Of a DNA stretch of 64,000 nucleotides, positions 10,358-20,853 are shown piece after piece (the stretch's first letter is position 1; each line of letters starts with the position of its first letter). The position numbers were made by a program, and so were the translations under genes. Under the pieces are notes generated by a model, which did no database searches, was not told the origin of the DNA, and saw only the letters and a list, made by a program, of their open reading frames with translations. Origin of the DNA: an uncultured Verrucomicrobiae bacterium (GTDB lineage Bacteria > Verrucomicrobiota > Verrucomicrobiia > Chthoniobacterales > Chthoniobacteraceae); NCBI GenBank assembly GCA_963769025.1, contig CAVYKI010000003.1, positions 1,248,001 through 1,312,000 on the forward strand. The letters are read 5' to 3'.

Positions 10358-10585
10358 CAAGGTCGTACGGTTTGTGCGCCACGCTCGGGCGCGTGTGAAG
10401 CCAGAACTCTGCGGAACGTGAGTACCACGGAGTGGATGAACATCGAATTTGAACGCGGAGGCGCGGAGGAGATGGAGAGCAACGGCGCGGACCGTGGATC
10501 TCACGCTGTTGCATCCTCCGGTCCACGCTCCGCGTGAAGATGAATCGACCGGTCCTCAATTCGCCGTTCCGTCACGTCCCCGCGC

Positions 10586-11857
10586 TTGCCATCCCCCGCC
10601 GCTCCATGCGTCCCTCGGCGGGTGCAAGACACCCGATGGTGGCGCCGATACACCGAACTCGCAGTCCTCTTCTTTCTCCACGCGATGGCGATGGGGATGT
10701 GGTTCGTGCCGCTCGGATCGGTCCTCGATGCGGCAGGCTACGGCGACGTCCACATCCTCGGCTTCGCCGTCAGCGTGAAGGCGCTCGCGTTCGCCACCAG
10801 CGGCATCTCCGCATTCATCTCGCCGCTCATCTTCGGCGCGCTCGCCGACCAGCGGGTCGCGCCCGTGAAGCTGCTCCGGTTCCTCGCGCTCGCCACCGGC
10901 CTCGCGATGACCGCGGCCTCCACCGCCATCAAGTTTCACGCGAGCCCGTTCGTGCTGCTCGTGCTCATCCAGCTCCACGCGCTTTTTTCCACGCCCACGT
11001 GGAGCATCTCCACCACCATCGTGTTCGCGCGGCTCGCAGACGCGGGGCGGGAATTTGGCCCGCTGCGTGCCATGGCCACCGTGGGCTGGATCGTCGGCTG
11101 CCTCATCATCTCCGCGCTCGGCGCCGACCGCACCCCGCTCGCCGGCTACAGCGGCGCGCTCGCATGGCTGGCCGTGCTGCTCTTCAGCTTCACGCTCCGC
11201 CCCATCGAGCCGGCTCGCACGCCCGGGCGGCTGAATTGGAAACAGCGGCTCGGCCTCGACGCCCTCTCCCTGCTCAGGAACCGCGACCACCGCATCGTCT
11301 TCATCACCGCCGCGCTCTATAACATCCCGCTCTGCGCCTTCTATCCGTATTCGCCGCGTCACCTCCGCGAACTCGGCCTCGACCACACCACCGCGTGGAT
11401 GACGCTCGGCCAGATCACCGAAGTCATCGCCATGTTCAGCCTCGCCGGCCTGCTCACGCGCTGGCGGCTGAAACCCATCTTTCTCATGGCCATCGCATTC
11501 GGCGTCCTGCGCTACGGGCTCTGCGCCTTCGACGGCCAGATGTGGCTGCTCGCCGGCATCACCATGCACGGCTTCGCGTTCGCGCTCTTCTTCATCACCG
11601 CGCAAATCTACCTCGAACAGCGCATCGAGTCCGCATGGCGCGCTCGCGCCCAGGCCCTCTTCACGCTCATGTACAGCGGCTTCGGCAACACCCTCGGCTA
11701 CCTCGCCTGCGGCTGGTGGTTCGCCGCGAGCACCGCGGGAAATGTGACGCACTGGCCGAAATTCTGGGGCGGCCTCGCCACATCGGTCGCTGTCGTCTTC
11801 CTGGTCTTCGCCTTCACCTACAAAGGCCGCGGCGCAACAACCGCCGGACAACTGTAG
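10586..11857 (+). CDS. MFS transporter, nucleoside:H+ symporter (NupG-like)
   Basis: About 12 TM; FGPLRAMATVGW, MTLGQITE, RARAQAL; start uncertain. Confidence 0.85.
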   Translation: MPSPAAPCVPRRVQDTRWWRRYTELAVLFFLHAMAMGMWFVPLGSVLDAAGYGDVHILGFAVSVKALAFATSGISAFISPLIFGALADQRVAPVKLLRFLALATGLAMTAASTAIKFHASPFVLLVLIQLHALFSTPTWSISTTIVFARLADAGREFGPLRAMATVGWIVGCLIISALGADRTPLAGYSGALAWLAVLLFSFTLRPIEPARTPGRLNWKQRLGLDALSLLRNRDHRIVFITAALYNIPLCAFYPYSPRHLRELGLDHTTAWMTLGQITEVIAMFSLAGLLTRWRLKPIFLMAIAFGVLRYGLCAFDGQMWLLAGITMHGFAFALFFITAQIYLEQRIESAWRARAQALFTLMYSGFGNTLGYLACGWWFAASTAGNVTHWPKFWGGLATSVAVVFLVFAFTYKGRGATTAGQL

Positions 11858-11877
11858 CCGCCGACGGAAGGAGGCGG
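11854..11877 (+). repeat. Single GTAG-type REP
   Basis: GTAGCCGCCGACGGAAGGAGGCGG, near-identical to the 3549 unit. Confidence 0.8.
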
Positions 11878-11899
11878 AAAAGCGTCCCGCACAACAGAT

Positions 11900-13405
11900 T
11901 TAGATCACCTCGCCCACGAGGTCATACACCTGCGTGCCGGTGATGCGCACGTTCACGAATTCGCCGACGGGCGCGGGCTTCTTCAGCAGGATGCGGCCGT
12001 CGATGTCCGGCGCGTCGGTCTCGCCGCGGGCGATGAGCGGCTGGTCCACGACGGCGCGGACGGTCTTGCCGACCTGCGCCTTGCTGATCTCGGCGGCGAT
12101 TTTCTGCTGGAGCTTCATCGCCTTCTTGAAGCGCGCCTGCTTCACCTTCGCCGGGAGCTGGCCGTCCATCTTCGCGGCGCGCGAACCTTCCTCCTGCGAA
12201 TACATGAACACGCCGAGCCGCTCGAACCGCGTGCGCGCGATGAAGTCGAGGAGGTATTCGAATTCCTCCTCCGTCTCGCCGGGGAAGCCGACGATGAACG
12301 TCGTGCGAATCGCGATGCCGGGGATGCCGGCGCGGATGCGCGTGATGAGATTCTCGATGTGCTCGCTGCTCGTCTCGCGCTTCATGATTTCGAGCATCCG
12401 CGGGTGGATGTGCTGCAGCGGCATGTCCACGTAGCGCGCGACGTGGCGCGTCTTCGCGATGCACTCGATGAGTTCGTCGCTCCAATGCGCCGGGTGCGTG
12501 TAGAGCAGGCGGATCCAAAAATCGCCGTCAATTTTGTCCAGCTCCTCTAGCAGATGCACGAGCGTGACGCCGCGCGACGGGTCCACCTTCTGCCGCGGCC
12601 CCGCCTTTTCCGCCCACAGATCCATGCCGTAGTAGGTCGTGTCCTGGCTGATGAGATTGATCTCCTTCACGCCCTCCGCGACGAGCCCGCGCACTTCCGC
12701 GACGACGCTCTCGATGGTGCGCGAACGATGCCGCCCGCGCATCTGCGGGATGACGCAGAAGCTGCACGGGTGATTGCACCCCTCGGCGATCTTCGTGTAC
12801 GCCGTGTGCGGCGGCGTGAGCCGGACGCGCGGCGTGTCCCAGTCGGGGATGTACACCGGCTTGCGCGAGACGAGGTTCAGCGGCTGCCATTCGTCATGCA
12901 GGAGCACGTCGGCCTTCGCGGCTGTGATTGGTGAAAGCGCGCTTCCTTTCCGAGAACCGGGCACTGCGGGCTGAGCCTGAGGTCCATTCCGTCCAAGCAC
13001 CTGCTCGATGATCCCGCCGACATCCTTCACCTGATCGAGGCCGATGAAGGCATCGACGTCGCTCTTGAATTCCGTCGCCAGCTCGCTGCTGAAGCGCTGG
13101 CTCATGCAGCCGGCGACGATGAGCTTCTGGTTCTTGTGCTTTTTCTTCAGCCCCTTCGCCTCGTGCGCCTCGATGATGGCCTCGATGCTCTCCTCCTTCG
13201 CCGAATCAATGAACGCGCAGGTGTTCACGATGAGCACATCCGCCTCCGCCGCGTCGTTCGTGATCTGCATCCCGTGCGCGAGCACGTCGCCGAGCATGAT
13301 CTCCGCATCCACGAGGTTTTTCGCGCAGCCGAGCGAGATCATCCCGACCTTTGGGATGTGGCGGGCCGCCTTCGCAGCGGGTGAGGTCTTGGCGAGTGTG
13401 GTCAT
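11900..13405 (-). CDS. rimO: Ribosomal protein S12 methylthiotransferase
   Basis: SLGCAKNLVD, VNTCAFI, radical SAM GCNHPCSFC, C-terminal TRAM domain (DAPDIDG). Confidence 0.96.
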   Translation of the reverse strand: MTTLAKTSPAAKAARHIPKVGMISLGCAKNLVDAEIMLGDVLAHGMQITNDAAEADVLIVNTCAFIDSAKEESIEAIIEAHEAKGLKKKHKNQKLIVAGCMSQRFSSELATEFKSDVDAFIGLDQVKDVGGIIEQVLGRNGPQAQPAVPGSRKGSALSPITAAKADVLLHDEWQPLNLVSRKPVYIPDWDTPRVRLTPPHTAYTKIAEGCNHPCSFCVIPQMRGRHRSRTIESVVAEVRGLVAEGVKEINLISQDTTYYGMDLWAEKAGPRQKVDPSRGVTLVHLLEELDKIDGDFWIRLLYTHPAHWSDELIECIAKTRHVARYVDMPLQHIHPRMLEIMKRETSSEHIENLITRIRAGIPGIAIRTTFIVGFPGETEEEFEYLLDFIARTRFERLGVFMYSQEEGSRAAKMDGQLPAKVKQARFKKAMKLQQKIAAEISKAQVGKTVRAVVDQPLIARGETDAPDIDGRILLKKPAPVGEFVNVRITGTQVYDLVGEVI

Positions 13406-13473
13406 GGAAAAGGACCGCCATCATACATGAGGAAGGCGTTTGCGCCAGTGGCGCGGCGGTGCGCTCAATTCCA

Positions 13474-13567
13474 CAGCGCCGACGGCAGGAGGCGGGAATT
13501 TCAATGCAGAATTTGCGGCGCACTGCGGGGAAGCCCACTCAGCCCGCCTCCTTCCGTCGGCGGCTAC
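13474..13567. repeat. GTAG-type REP doublet (left arm degenerate)
   Basis: CAGCGCCGACGGCAGGAGGCGGG ... CCCGCCTCCTTCCGTCGGCGGCTAC. Confidence 0.8.
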
Positions 13568-13628
13568 GAGGACTTGCACCACCACACGCTTGCCGCCGAG
13601 CGGTGCTGAAGACAATCATCCGCGCCAC

Positions 13629-14363
13629 ATGATCGCAGTCGAAGGCCTCACCAAACTCTACGGCGACCTCCCCGCGGTCAGCGACCTCAGCTTCACCGTC
13701 CGTCCCGGCGAAGTGATGGGGCTGGTCGGCCCGAACGGTGCCGGAAAGACGACCGCGCTGCGCTGCATCGCCGGCATCATCCCGGCCACCCACGGTCAGA
13801 TCGCCATCGATGGCCACGACCTCCGAGAGGATCCGCTTGGCGCGAAAAAGCTCCTCGCATTTTTCCCCGACGAGCCGCGCCTCTTCGACTACCTCACCGT
13901 CCGCCAGCACCTGGAATTCACCGCGCGGCTCTACCAGGTGCGCGATGCCGCGGCGCGCAGCCGCGAGCTGCTCGACGCTCTGGAAATGACGGAGAAGGCC
14001 AACGCGCTCCCGACCGAGCTTTCGCGCGGCATGAAGCAGAAGGTCGCGCTCGCGTGCGGCTTCCTCCACCAGCCGCGCGTGATGTTCTTCGACGAACCGC
14101 TCACCGGCCTCGACCCGCTGGCCATCCGGCGCACGAAGGACCTCATCGTGAGGCAATCGCGCGACGGCGTCGCGGTCATCATCAGCTCGCACCTGCTGCA
14201 TCTGCTCGAGGAAGTGTGCAGCCACGTGCTGATCCTGAAGCGCGGGAAAAAGATCGCCCACGGCACGCTCGACGAAATCCGCACGGAGTTCCGCGAGGGC
14301 GGGAAGGATTCCACGCTGGAGGAAATCTTCATCCGCCTCGTCGGGGAGGATGCCGGTCAGTGA
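13629..14363 (+). CDS. ABC transporter ATP-binding protein
   Basis: GPNGAGKT, LSRGMKQK, FFDEP, ISSH. Confidence 0.95.
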   Translation: MIAVEGLTKLYGDLPAVSDLSFTVRPGEVMGLVGPNGAGKTTALRCIAGIIPATHGQIAIDGHDLREDPLGAKKLLAFFPDEPRLFDYLTVRQHLEFTARLYQVRDAAARSRELLDALEMTEKANALPTELSRGMKQKVALACGFLHQPRVMFFDEPLTGLDPLAIRRTKDLIVRQSRDGVAVIISSHLLHLLEEVCSHVLILKRGKKIAHGTLDEIRTEFREGGKDSTLEEIFIRLVGEDAGQ

Positions 14364-16125
14364 CCGCCGCATGAACGCGCTCGCGTATCTCGTCACGCGC
14401 TCGTTCGTGAACGGCGTGCTTTTCCGCCTGAAGCGCCTGCGCCAGCCGCGCTACCTGCTCGGCGCGATCCTCGGCGGCGCGTACTTCTATTTCTACTTCG
14501 GGAAAATCCTCGGCGGCGCGCATTCTCCCATCGGCCCGGGGGCGACCTCCGGCTCGGGGTTCAGCGTGGAAGTCGGCGCGGCGATCCTTTTCGCGGTGAC
14601 GCTCGTCCTTTCGTGGATCCTTCCCGCGTCGCGTGCGGCCATCGGTTTCACGGAGGCGGAGATCGCGTTCCTTTTTCCCGCACCGGTCAGCCGCCGGACG
14701 CTCGTGATCATGCGGCTGCTGAAGGCGCAGTTCGCGCTGCTGTTTTTCTCCGCGTTCATGACGCTCATCACCGGTCGTTTCCGGCTCGGCGCCGAGGCGT
14801 GGCTGCGCGTCGGCGGCTGGTGGGTGATCCTGAACACGCTCAACATGCACCGCATCGGCGCGTCCTTCGCGCTGCAGCGGTTGCGCGAGCGCGGGATGTC
14901 GGATTGGAAACGCCGCACCGGCGTCCTGCTCGCGATCCTCGCGCTCGCCGTCGCTGTGGAGTTCACGCGACGCAGCCTGCCGCCCCCTCCGGAACTCGCG
15001 ACCGCGGCCCGCGGCGGCTTCGACGCGATCGCGGACTACGTCCGGCAGGTGCTCCACGTGGGCCCGCTCCCGTACTTGCTCGCGCCGTTCCGGCTCGTCG
15101 TGCAGCCGAACTTCGCGCACGACGCCGCGACTTTCCTCCGCGCGTTCCTCCCCGCGCTCGCGATCATGGTCCTGCACTTCGTCTGGGTCGTGCGTGCGGA
15201 TGTTTCGTTCGAGGACGCTTCCATCGAGGCGGCGAAAAAGCGCGCCGCATTCCTCGCCGCGCGCGGTCGCGGCGAGACGGGCACGCAGAAGGGCAGCGGC
15301 AAGGCGCGCTCGCCCTTGTTCCGGCTGCGGCCCACGGGCTTCGCGCCGGTCGCGTTCATGTGGAAGAGCCTCCTGAAATCCGGCGGCCGACGCATCATCT
15401 CGCGCTGGGCCTTCCTTTTCGCGGGGCTCGCCGCAGGCGCCTGGATGCTCGGCGAGGCAGGGGAATTGTCGCAAACGCTCCTGATCATCGCGTTCGTGAT
15501 CGGCATCGGCTGCTACATCACGCTGCTCATCAGCTTCGTGATGATCGGCCAGCACGCCGCGTCGCAGCTCCGCCAGGGCATCGCCGCGATGGACCTGCTG
15601 AAGACCTACCCGATTCCCGGCTGGCAGATCGCGCTCGGCGAACTCATCGGCCCCGTGACACTCGGCACGCTCATGCAGTGGTCCGCTCTCGGCACCGGCG
15701 TCCTGCTGCTCCGCGTGAAAGGCCCGGACCTCGCAGGCATGCCGGACCTGGTGTTCTACGCCGCTGCGGGCCTCGCGCTAGTCCTGCCGATTTTCAATCT
15801 CTCGTGCGCCATCCTTCCGTGCGCCGGCGCGCTGCTTTTCCCCGGCTGGTTCCGCCCGCAGGAAAACACCGCTCCCGGCCTCGAAAACACCGGGCTGCGT
15901 CTCGTGCTCGGGATCGTGCAGCTCCTCGCCATCGTCGCCGCGCTGCTCCCCGTCGCGCTTTTTGCCGCAGTGGCTTGGTACGCGGTGGGAAAATTCACCG
16001 ACGTCGCGGAATGGCGCGCACTCGCTGCGGGCTGCACGGGGTTCGTGCTCCTCACGATGGAGGCCGCCCTCGGCATCGCATGGCTCGGCTCGCTCTACGA
16101 CAAGTTCGACGTGAGCGAGGAGTGA
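14350..16125 (+). CDS. Putative ABC exporter permease
   Basis: Multi-TM protein overlapping the ATPase gene; FTEAEIAFLFPAPV; start may be 14371. Confidence 0.85.
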   Translation: MPVSDRRMNALAYLVTRSFVNGVLFRLKRLRQPRYLLGAILGGAYFYFYFGKILGGAHSPIGPGATSGSGFSVEVGAAILFAVTLVLSWILPASRAAIGFTEAEIAFLFPAPVSRRTLVIMRLLKAQFALLFFSAFMTLITGRFRLGAEAWLRVGGWWVILNTLNMHRIGASFALQRLRERGMSDWKRRTGVLLAILALAVAVEFTRRSLPPPPELATAARGGFDAIADYVRQVLHVGPLPYLLAPFRLVVQPNFAHDAATFLRAFLPALAIMVLHFVWVVRADVSFEDASIEAAKKRAAFLAARGRGETGTQKGSGKARSPLFRLRPTGFAPVAFMWKSLLKSGGRRIISRWAFLFAGLAAGAWMLGEAGELSQTLLIIAFVIGIGCYITLLISFVMIGQHAASQLRQGIAAMDLLKTYPIPGWQIALGELIGPVTLGTLMQWSALGTGVLLLRVKGPDLAGMPDLVFYAAAGLALVLPIFNLSCAILPCAGALLFPGWFRPQENTAPGLENTGLRLVLGIVQLLAIVAALLPVALFAAVAWYAVGKFTDVAEWRALAAGCTGFVLLTMEAALGIAWLGSLYDKFDVSEE

Positions 16126-16134
16126 GCGGACACG

Positions 16135-16677
16135 TTACGGGCGAGAGATTTCCTCCCCGTCGAAGACCAGCTTCGTCGTCGTCACGTCGAGCAGCGGGCC
16201 GAGTTCATAGACGTTCGTGTAGCCGTAGGTCGCCAGCGCGACATAGGTGGAGATGTTCAGCGATGCGGGTGGCGACTTCGCGGCGAGCGAGACGGGTGCG
16301 CCACGGAAGTTGTTGTTGCAGTAGATGAGCACGCGGGTCGTCTTTTCCGGGATCGCCTTCGCGAGCGACTCGGCGGTGAAGTCAGTGAATGGCAGGCTCA
16401 CCGCTCCCCGGACGTGCCGCAGCCGGAACTTGTCCGCGCTCCGGGCATCGAGCACGACGGTGCCCGGCTCGGCGGCCATCGCGGCGAAGTGTTCCTCGGT
16501 CAGGCGCCTCTTTTCGCGGACAGGCTGCACCTCCCGCGCGATCCGGAGGTATTGCTGGAAATCGATCAGCTCGTTCGGGATTGGTCGTGTGGCGGCGAGT
16601 TGCAGGCGCGGGGGTTTGTCCGCGGCGAGGAGTGAGGCTGAGAGCAGCAGCGTGAAGATTGCGACAGTGGATCTCAT
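16135..16677 (-). CDS. Secreted rhodanese-like domain protein
   Basis: Signal peptide; VVLDARS...HVRGAVSL...LIYCNNN. Confidence 0.88.
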   Translation of the reverse strand: MRSTVAIFTLLLSASLLAADKPPRLQLAATRPIPNELIDFQQYLRIAREVQPVREKRRLTEEHFAAMAAEPGTVVLDARSADKFRLRHVRGAVSLPFTDFTAESLAKAIPEKTTRVLIYCNNNFRGAPVSLAAKSPPASLNISTYVALATYGYTNVYELGPLLDVTTTKLVFDGEEISRP

Positions 16678-17027
16678 TGGCGTGTGACTTTGCGGGTTTT
16701 CAGATCGAGCGCGTATTTTTCGCCGCGCTCGTTGGTGACGACGAGCGCACGGCCTTTCATCTCGAGTGAAGTGATGAACACATCCTGCACGTCGCGCTCG
16801 AGGGCCGGGTCAAAGCGCACCTCGTAGATGCGCACGCGCCACAGCTCCTTGCCGGAGTCCGCAGCCGCGGCGATCACGAAGCCCATCGCCTCCGACGGCG
16901 CAGTGTAGCGGACACCGTCCGCGACCACCGGCACGACCTCGCGCGGTGCAGAGCGTTTGGCGAACGCCGGTGCGATGCAGCAGAGGACGAGGGCGCACAC
17001 GGCCAGAAGGGCGGATGACCTATTCAT
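16674..17027 (-). CDS. Small secreted hypothetical protein
   Basis: MNRSSALLAVCALVLCCIAPAFA signal peptide; overlaps both neighbours. Confidence 0.75.
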   Translation of the reverse strand: MNRSSALLAVCALVLCCIAPAFAKRSAPREVVPVVADGVRYTAPSEAMGFVIAAAADSGKELWRVRIYEVRFDPALERDVQDVFITSLEMKGRALVVTNERGEKYALDLKTRKVTRQ

Positions 17028-19405
17028 AGACCTCGTAGAGTTCGTTCCCGACCGTGAACTGCACATTGCGCCCGAGCGCGAGCCACTGCGCGGACTCGGG
17101 TTTGTTCGTGAGCAGGTCGAAGTATTCCTTCGACGCAAACTGCACGCGGTTGCGCTTCGCGTCCGCCTTCATGGACTGCACGTCCGTGTCGCTCCAGTTC
17201 GCGCCGTTCTGCGCGAAGGTCTTCCCGTTCACCCAGCGCGTCTCCTGTTCGATGTTGGCGAGCGTGGTCTGCACTTCACCGGCGGTGCCGCGCAGCCTGG
17301 GCAAGGCCTTGCCCGCGTAGCCGCCGGAGACGACGGTGCTCGCCGCGGATGCGTCGGCAGGCGCGGCGTTGCCGGCGATGACTCCGCCGAGCGCCTCCGT
17401 CTTCGCCTTGTCGAGCGCGACGCCGGGAGACCTCGCCTCCTTGAGCGATTGATTTCCCCGGCCCGCGAGCGCGCCGTCGTAGCCGTCCTTTTTCCCGCTC
17501 AGGTCGCCCCAGCTCTTCCTGTAAAGTGTCTGCGCCCCCTCGTCGCGGTCGAGCATCTGCAGCGAGCGCTGCGCCACCGGCACGCCGCGACGCGCCTCGT
17601 CCTCGACGATGAGGTAGCTCGTGTAAGGCGTGACGATCGCGTAGCGCCGCGCGAGGTCCACGATCTCGTCGCGCAGTTCCTTGTTCTCCCCGCGCAGGCG
17701 CACCTCATCCAGCAGCCAGCCCACACGTCGCAGCGCCCAGAGCTGCGCGATGAAATCGTTGCCGGATTCGCGTGCGGAAAATTTCGCCCGATGCGTCATG
17801 CGCTTCGGCACACCGTTCAGCGTGCCGTCGAGCACCAGATCCGCATCGCCATCACCCGAGTAGCCGCCCCGCGAGCACGAGCTGGTCGCCGCGGAAAAGA
17901 TCCGGCAGCGGATTCGGATAGAGCTTCGTCACGCGGACGCCGGCGGGAAATTCCAGCTTCAGGTTCGTCAGCAGCGGCTCTTTGATCTTGGTGAAAAAGT
18001 TCGAGACCTTCACTTCGAGGTCCTCCTCCGGCAGGACGAATTGCGACGCGGCCCGCGTGCGCTCGGTGATTTTGTCGAGCAGGTGCGTGTTGATGTCCGT
18101 GCCGATGCCGAAGCAGAAAATCCGCGTCGCCGCGCTCTGGTCGCGCGCCACCTGCGCCACGATGCGATCCTCGTCCGTCTCGCCGATGGTCGGCTTGCCG
18201 TCCGTGAGGAACACCACCATGAACGGCCGCCCCGCGCCCGGCGTTTTCATCTTCAGCGCGCGCTCCAGCGAATCCGCGATCGCCGTCCCGCCGATGGGCT
18301 TCACGCCCTTGATGAACTCATTCGCCTTGTCCCGGTTCGCCCGCGTGGCATCCGCGAGCTTCTCGAAGAACGGCTCGCTCTCCGTGGAAAATCGCACGAT
18401 TTCGAAGCGGTCCACGTCGTTCAGATTCTCGACGCAAAAGGTGAGCGCCTTCTTCGCCTGCTCCAGCTTCTTGCCCGCCATCGAGCCGCTCGTATCGAGC
18501 ACAAAGACGACATCCTTCGGATTCACATCCTTGCTCTTCATCACATCCGCGCCCGGCGACGCGAGCAGCAGGAACCACCCGTCCTCGCCCTCCTTCTTGT
18601 GCGTGAGCAAATGCACGCCGACCTCCGTGTCCGCCGTCGAGTAGAGCAGTTGAAAATCCGTGTCCGGCCGCGTGTTCGATGCCTCCCATCCGACCACCGC
18701 GCGCTTCTCGCCGTCGCGCTTGATGTCCACCGAATGCGACGGCGAATACAGCGCCTTGATCGGCGCGTCCTGGTTGATCGTCACGCGCATGCTCACCGTC
18801 TTCAGCGGCTGCGCGGAAAATTTCTCCGTGTTCAGCGGGTAGAGATAAGTCGCGAGCCCGCCGTCCACCTTCAGCAGCTCCGTGTACGCGAGCGTCACCT
18901 TTTTCCGCGAATGCGGCTCGATGGGAAAGATGCGCACGCGGAACGCCGCGCGCCCGGTGTATTCGAGCAGCGCGGGATCCTTCTGCCGCCGCACGATGTC
19001 CTCGTAAATCGCCCGCGCCTTCGCCGCATCGAGCAGCTCCGCCTCCACGTCCTTGTCGCCGATCCGCATCGTGAACTTGTCGAGATGCGCGCCTTTCGGA
19101 ATCGGGAAGATGTATTCCCCCTCGAGGTTCGCATTGTTCGGATTGAAAAACTCCTGCTCCACCCGCGTCACCGCCTTCTGCCCGGTGATGTCCACATCCA
19201 CCTTGTGAAACGTGACCTCCAGCGGCGCGAAGATGTAAGGCCGCGGCGGCGGCATCGGCCGCGGAAAAGGGGGATGCGGCGGATGCGGCGGCGGGAAAGG
19301 CGGCGCAAACGGCGGCGGATTATGGATGATGATGAACCCGTCCGCCCGCACACTGCCGACAAGCGCGAGGAACGCCGAGAGGATGGCGAGGAGTGTTGCT
19401 TTCAT
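17020..19405 (-). CDS. Secreted VIT + vWA domain protein (frameshift near 17864)
   Basis: Signal peptide, poly-Pro stretch, VIT domain, MIDAS DTSGSM, FLTDG; C-terminal IVTPYTSYLIVE after one extra base. Confidence 0.9.
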
Positions 19406-19575
19406 GCTCCGACATTGCCACGCGGGCACGCGTCACGTGTCACGGCGCAGTCTGCCGTTTGTCAAAAAATCGTGACGCCGCCCGCCCGCGATCCGGCGAG
19501 CGTTGCCATCCTTGGCCGCCGCGGAGCGCTTGGGAATTGGCGGAAATTCCAGCTAAGTCATCCCGCACAAGAGCC

Positions 19576-19806
19576 ATGACCGACCTCATGCAGCGAATCC
19601 TCGGGCGCAAGCGTGCCATGCGCCGCGAATTGGCCGCGCTTCAGGTGGGGGAAAAGCTCCGCATCCTCGCGCAAATGCTCGAACGGGACCGCAAGATCGC
19701 CGCCAGTCGTCCGCCGAAGCCCGCCAATCCGCCCCGTCCGCCGCTGACTCAGTCCCGCGCCGCAACCCCGAGGCACCGCGCCGCGCCCACGACGCACCGC
19801 GGCTGA
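19576..19806 (+). CDS. Small basic hypothetical protein
   Basis: MTDLMQRILGRKRAMRRELAALQVGEKLRILAQMLER, helical with host-like codon use. Confidence 0.55.
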   Translation: MTDLMQRILGRKRAMRRELAALQVGEKLRILAQMLERDRKIAASRPPKPANPPRPPLTQSRAATPRHRAAPTTHRG

Positions 19807-19842
19807 ACCTCAACCGCACGCTCGCCGATCCCCACAAGCATC

Positions 19843-20025
19843 CTCGCCGGAGCCCAAGGCCCCCGATCGCCACCCCGAAAGCCCCGGCGAGCCACCCCAA
19901 AGGGTCCCCATCGGGTGCCCGAAGGGTGCTGATCGCCACCCCCAAGGCCCCCGCCGACCACCCCGGAAGCTCCCCATCGCCACCCCGAGGCTCCGATCGA
20001 CCACCCCAAGGGGTCCCCCCTCGGA
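19843..20025. repeat. Degenerate ~21-bp C-rich tandem repeat (about 8 units)
   Basis: Units such as CGATCGCCACCCCGAAAGCCC, CTGATCGCCACCCCCAAGGCCC, CCCATCGCCACCCCGAGGCT, CCGATCGACCACCCCAAGGGG. Confidence 0.8.
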
Positions 20026-20194
20026 GGCATTCAAGAGGCTGGCTGGCATGGATTTCCGGCAGATCGCGCCCCACGGTCGTGTTCCACCACGGTGGCAGGC
20101 CCGGTGAACCTGGAACGCGAAACGAGGCCGGAGGCGTCGAAGGAAGATAGCCGGTGGCGGCGCAACGCCTGTGAGCCTTTGCGTGCCGAGCCGT

Positions 20195-20722
20195 TCAGCA
20201 CTCCTCCGCGCGCGCGGGGATAACGGGCGTCTTTCGGTAGGCGAGGGGGCAGCAGCAGACGACGCCGGTAACCTTTGTGACGACGGCGACGAATTTGCGG
20301 AAGTCGCCCGAGTCGTCGTATTGGCGGAAGTAGGAGCGGGATTTTCCGGGGAGGGCGTCCCACCACGGCTGGACGGCATCGCCTTCGATGAGGCGTGTCT
20401 CCCCGGTGACATAGACGGTGCTCTCGGCAGCGAAATCGGGATGCGAGAACATCCATTCGGTGTGCGGGTTCTCGCGGAGATTGGCGACTTTCTGCGTGGT
20501 GGGTGCGGTGATGGCGAAGATTTCGTCGAGATAGCCGGTTGTCTGGAAGTTCATCCACGTGGCGTGCGGGCGACCCTCTTTGTCGGCGGTGGTGAGGATG
20601 CCAACGCAGCAATCCTGGACGAGTTGCCATGCCAAACGCGCAAGTGCGGAATCGGTTTTCACGCCATCAATTTTCCACGCCACGGCGCCGGGGCACTCCG
20701 TCGGTTGCCGGATGCTCACCAT
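20195..20722 (-). CDS. Pyridoxamine 5'-phosphate oxidase-like FMN split-barrel protein
   Basis: GILTTADKEGRPHATWM, TQKVANLRENP; start may be GTG at 20662. Confidence 0.75.
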   Translation of the reverse strand: MVSIRQPTECPGAVAWKIDGVKTDSALARLAWQLVQDCCVGILTTADKEGRPHATWMNFQTTGYLDEIFAITAPTTQKVANLRENPHTEWMFSHPDFAAESTVYVTGETRLIEGDAVQPWWDALPGKSRSYFRQYDDSGDFRKFVAVVTKVTGVVCCCPLAYRKTPVIPARAEEC

Positions 20723-20853
20723 TTTTTGAGCAGAATGAAGTGGCGGGCCTTTGTGCACTTGGTCTGGGGATCCTTGCTAGGCCTCAAGGGACTTTCCATT
20801 TGCCCTCGCCAGGGGGGCGGGGCATCTTGCGCGCCCTTTTCACTCACCAAACT

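Noticed and set aside
19843..20025. CRISPR array
   Set aside because: Units are contiguous and degenerate with no spacers; no cas genes
20090..20175. SRP RNA suggested by GAAGGAAG
   Set aside because: No conserved helix-8 context or long stem; more like a fragment of another REP-like repeat
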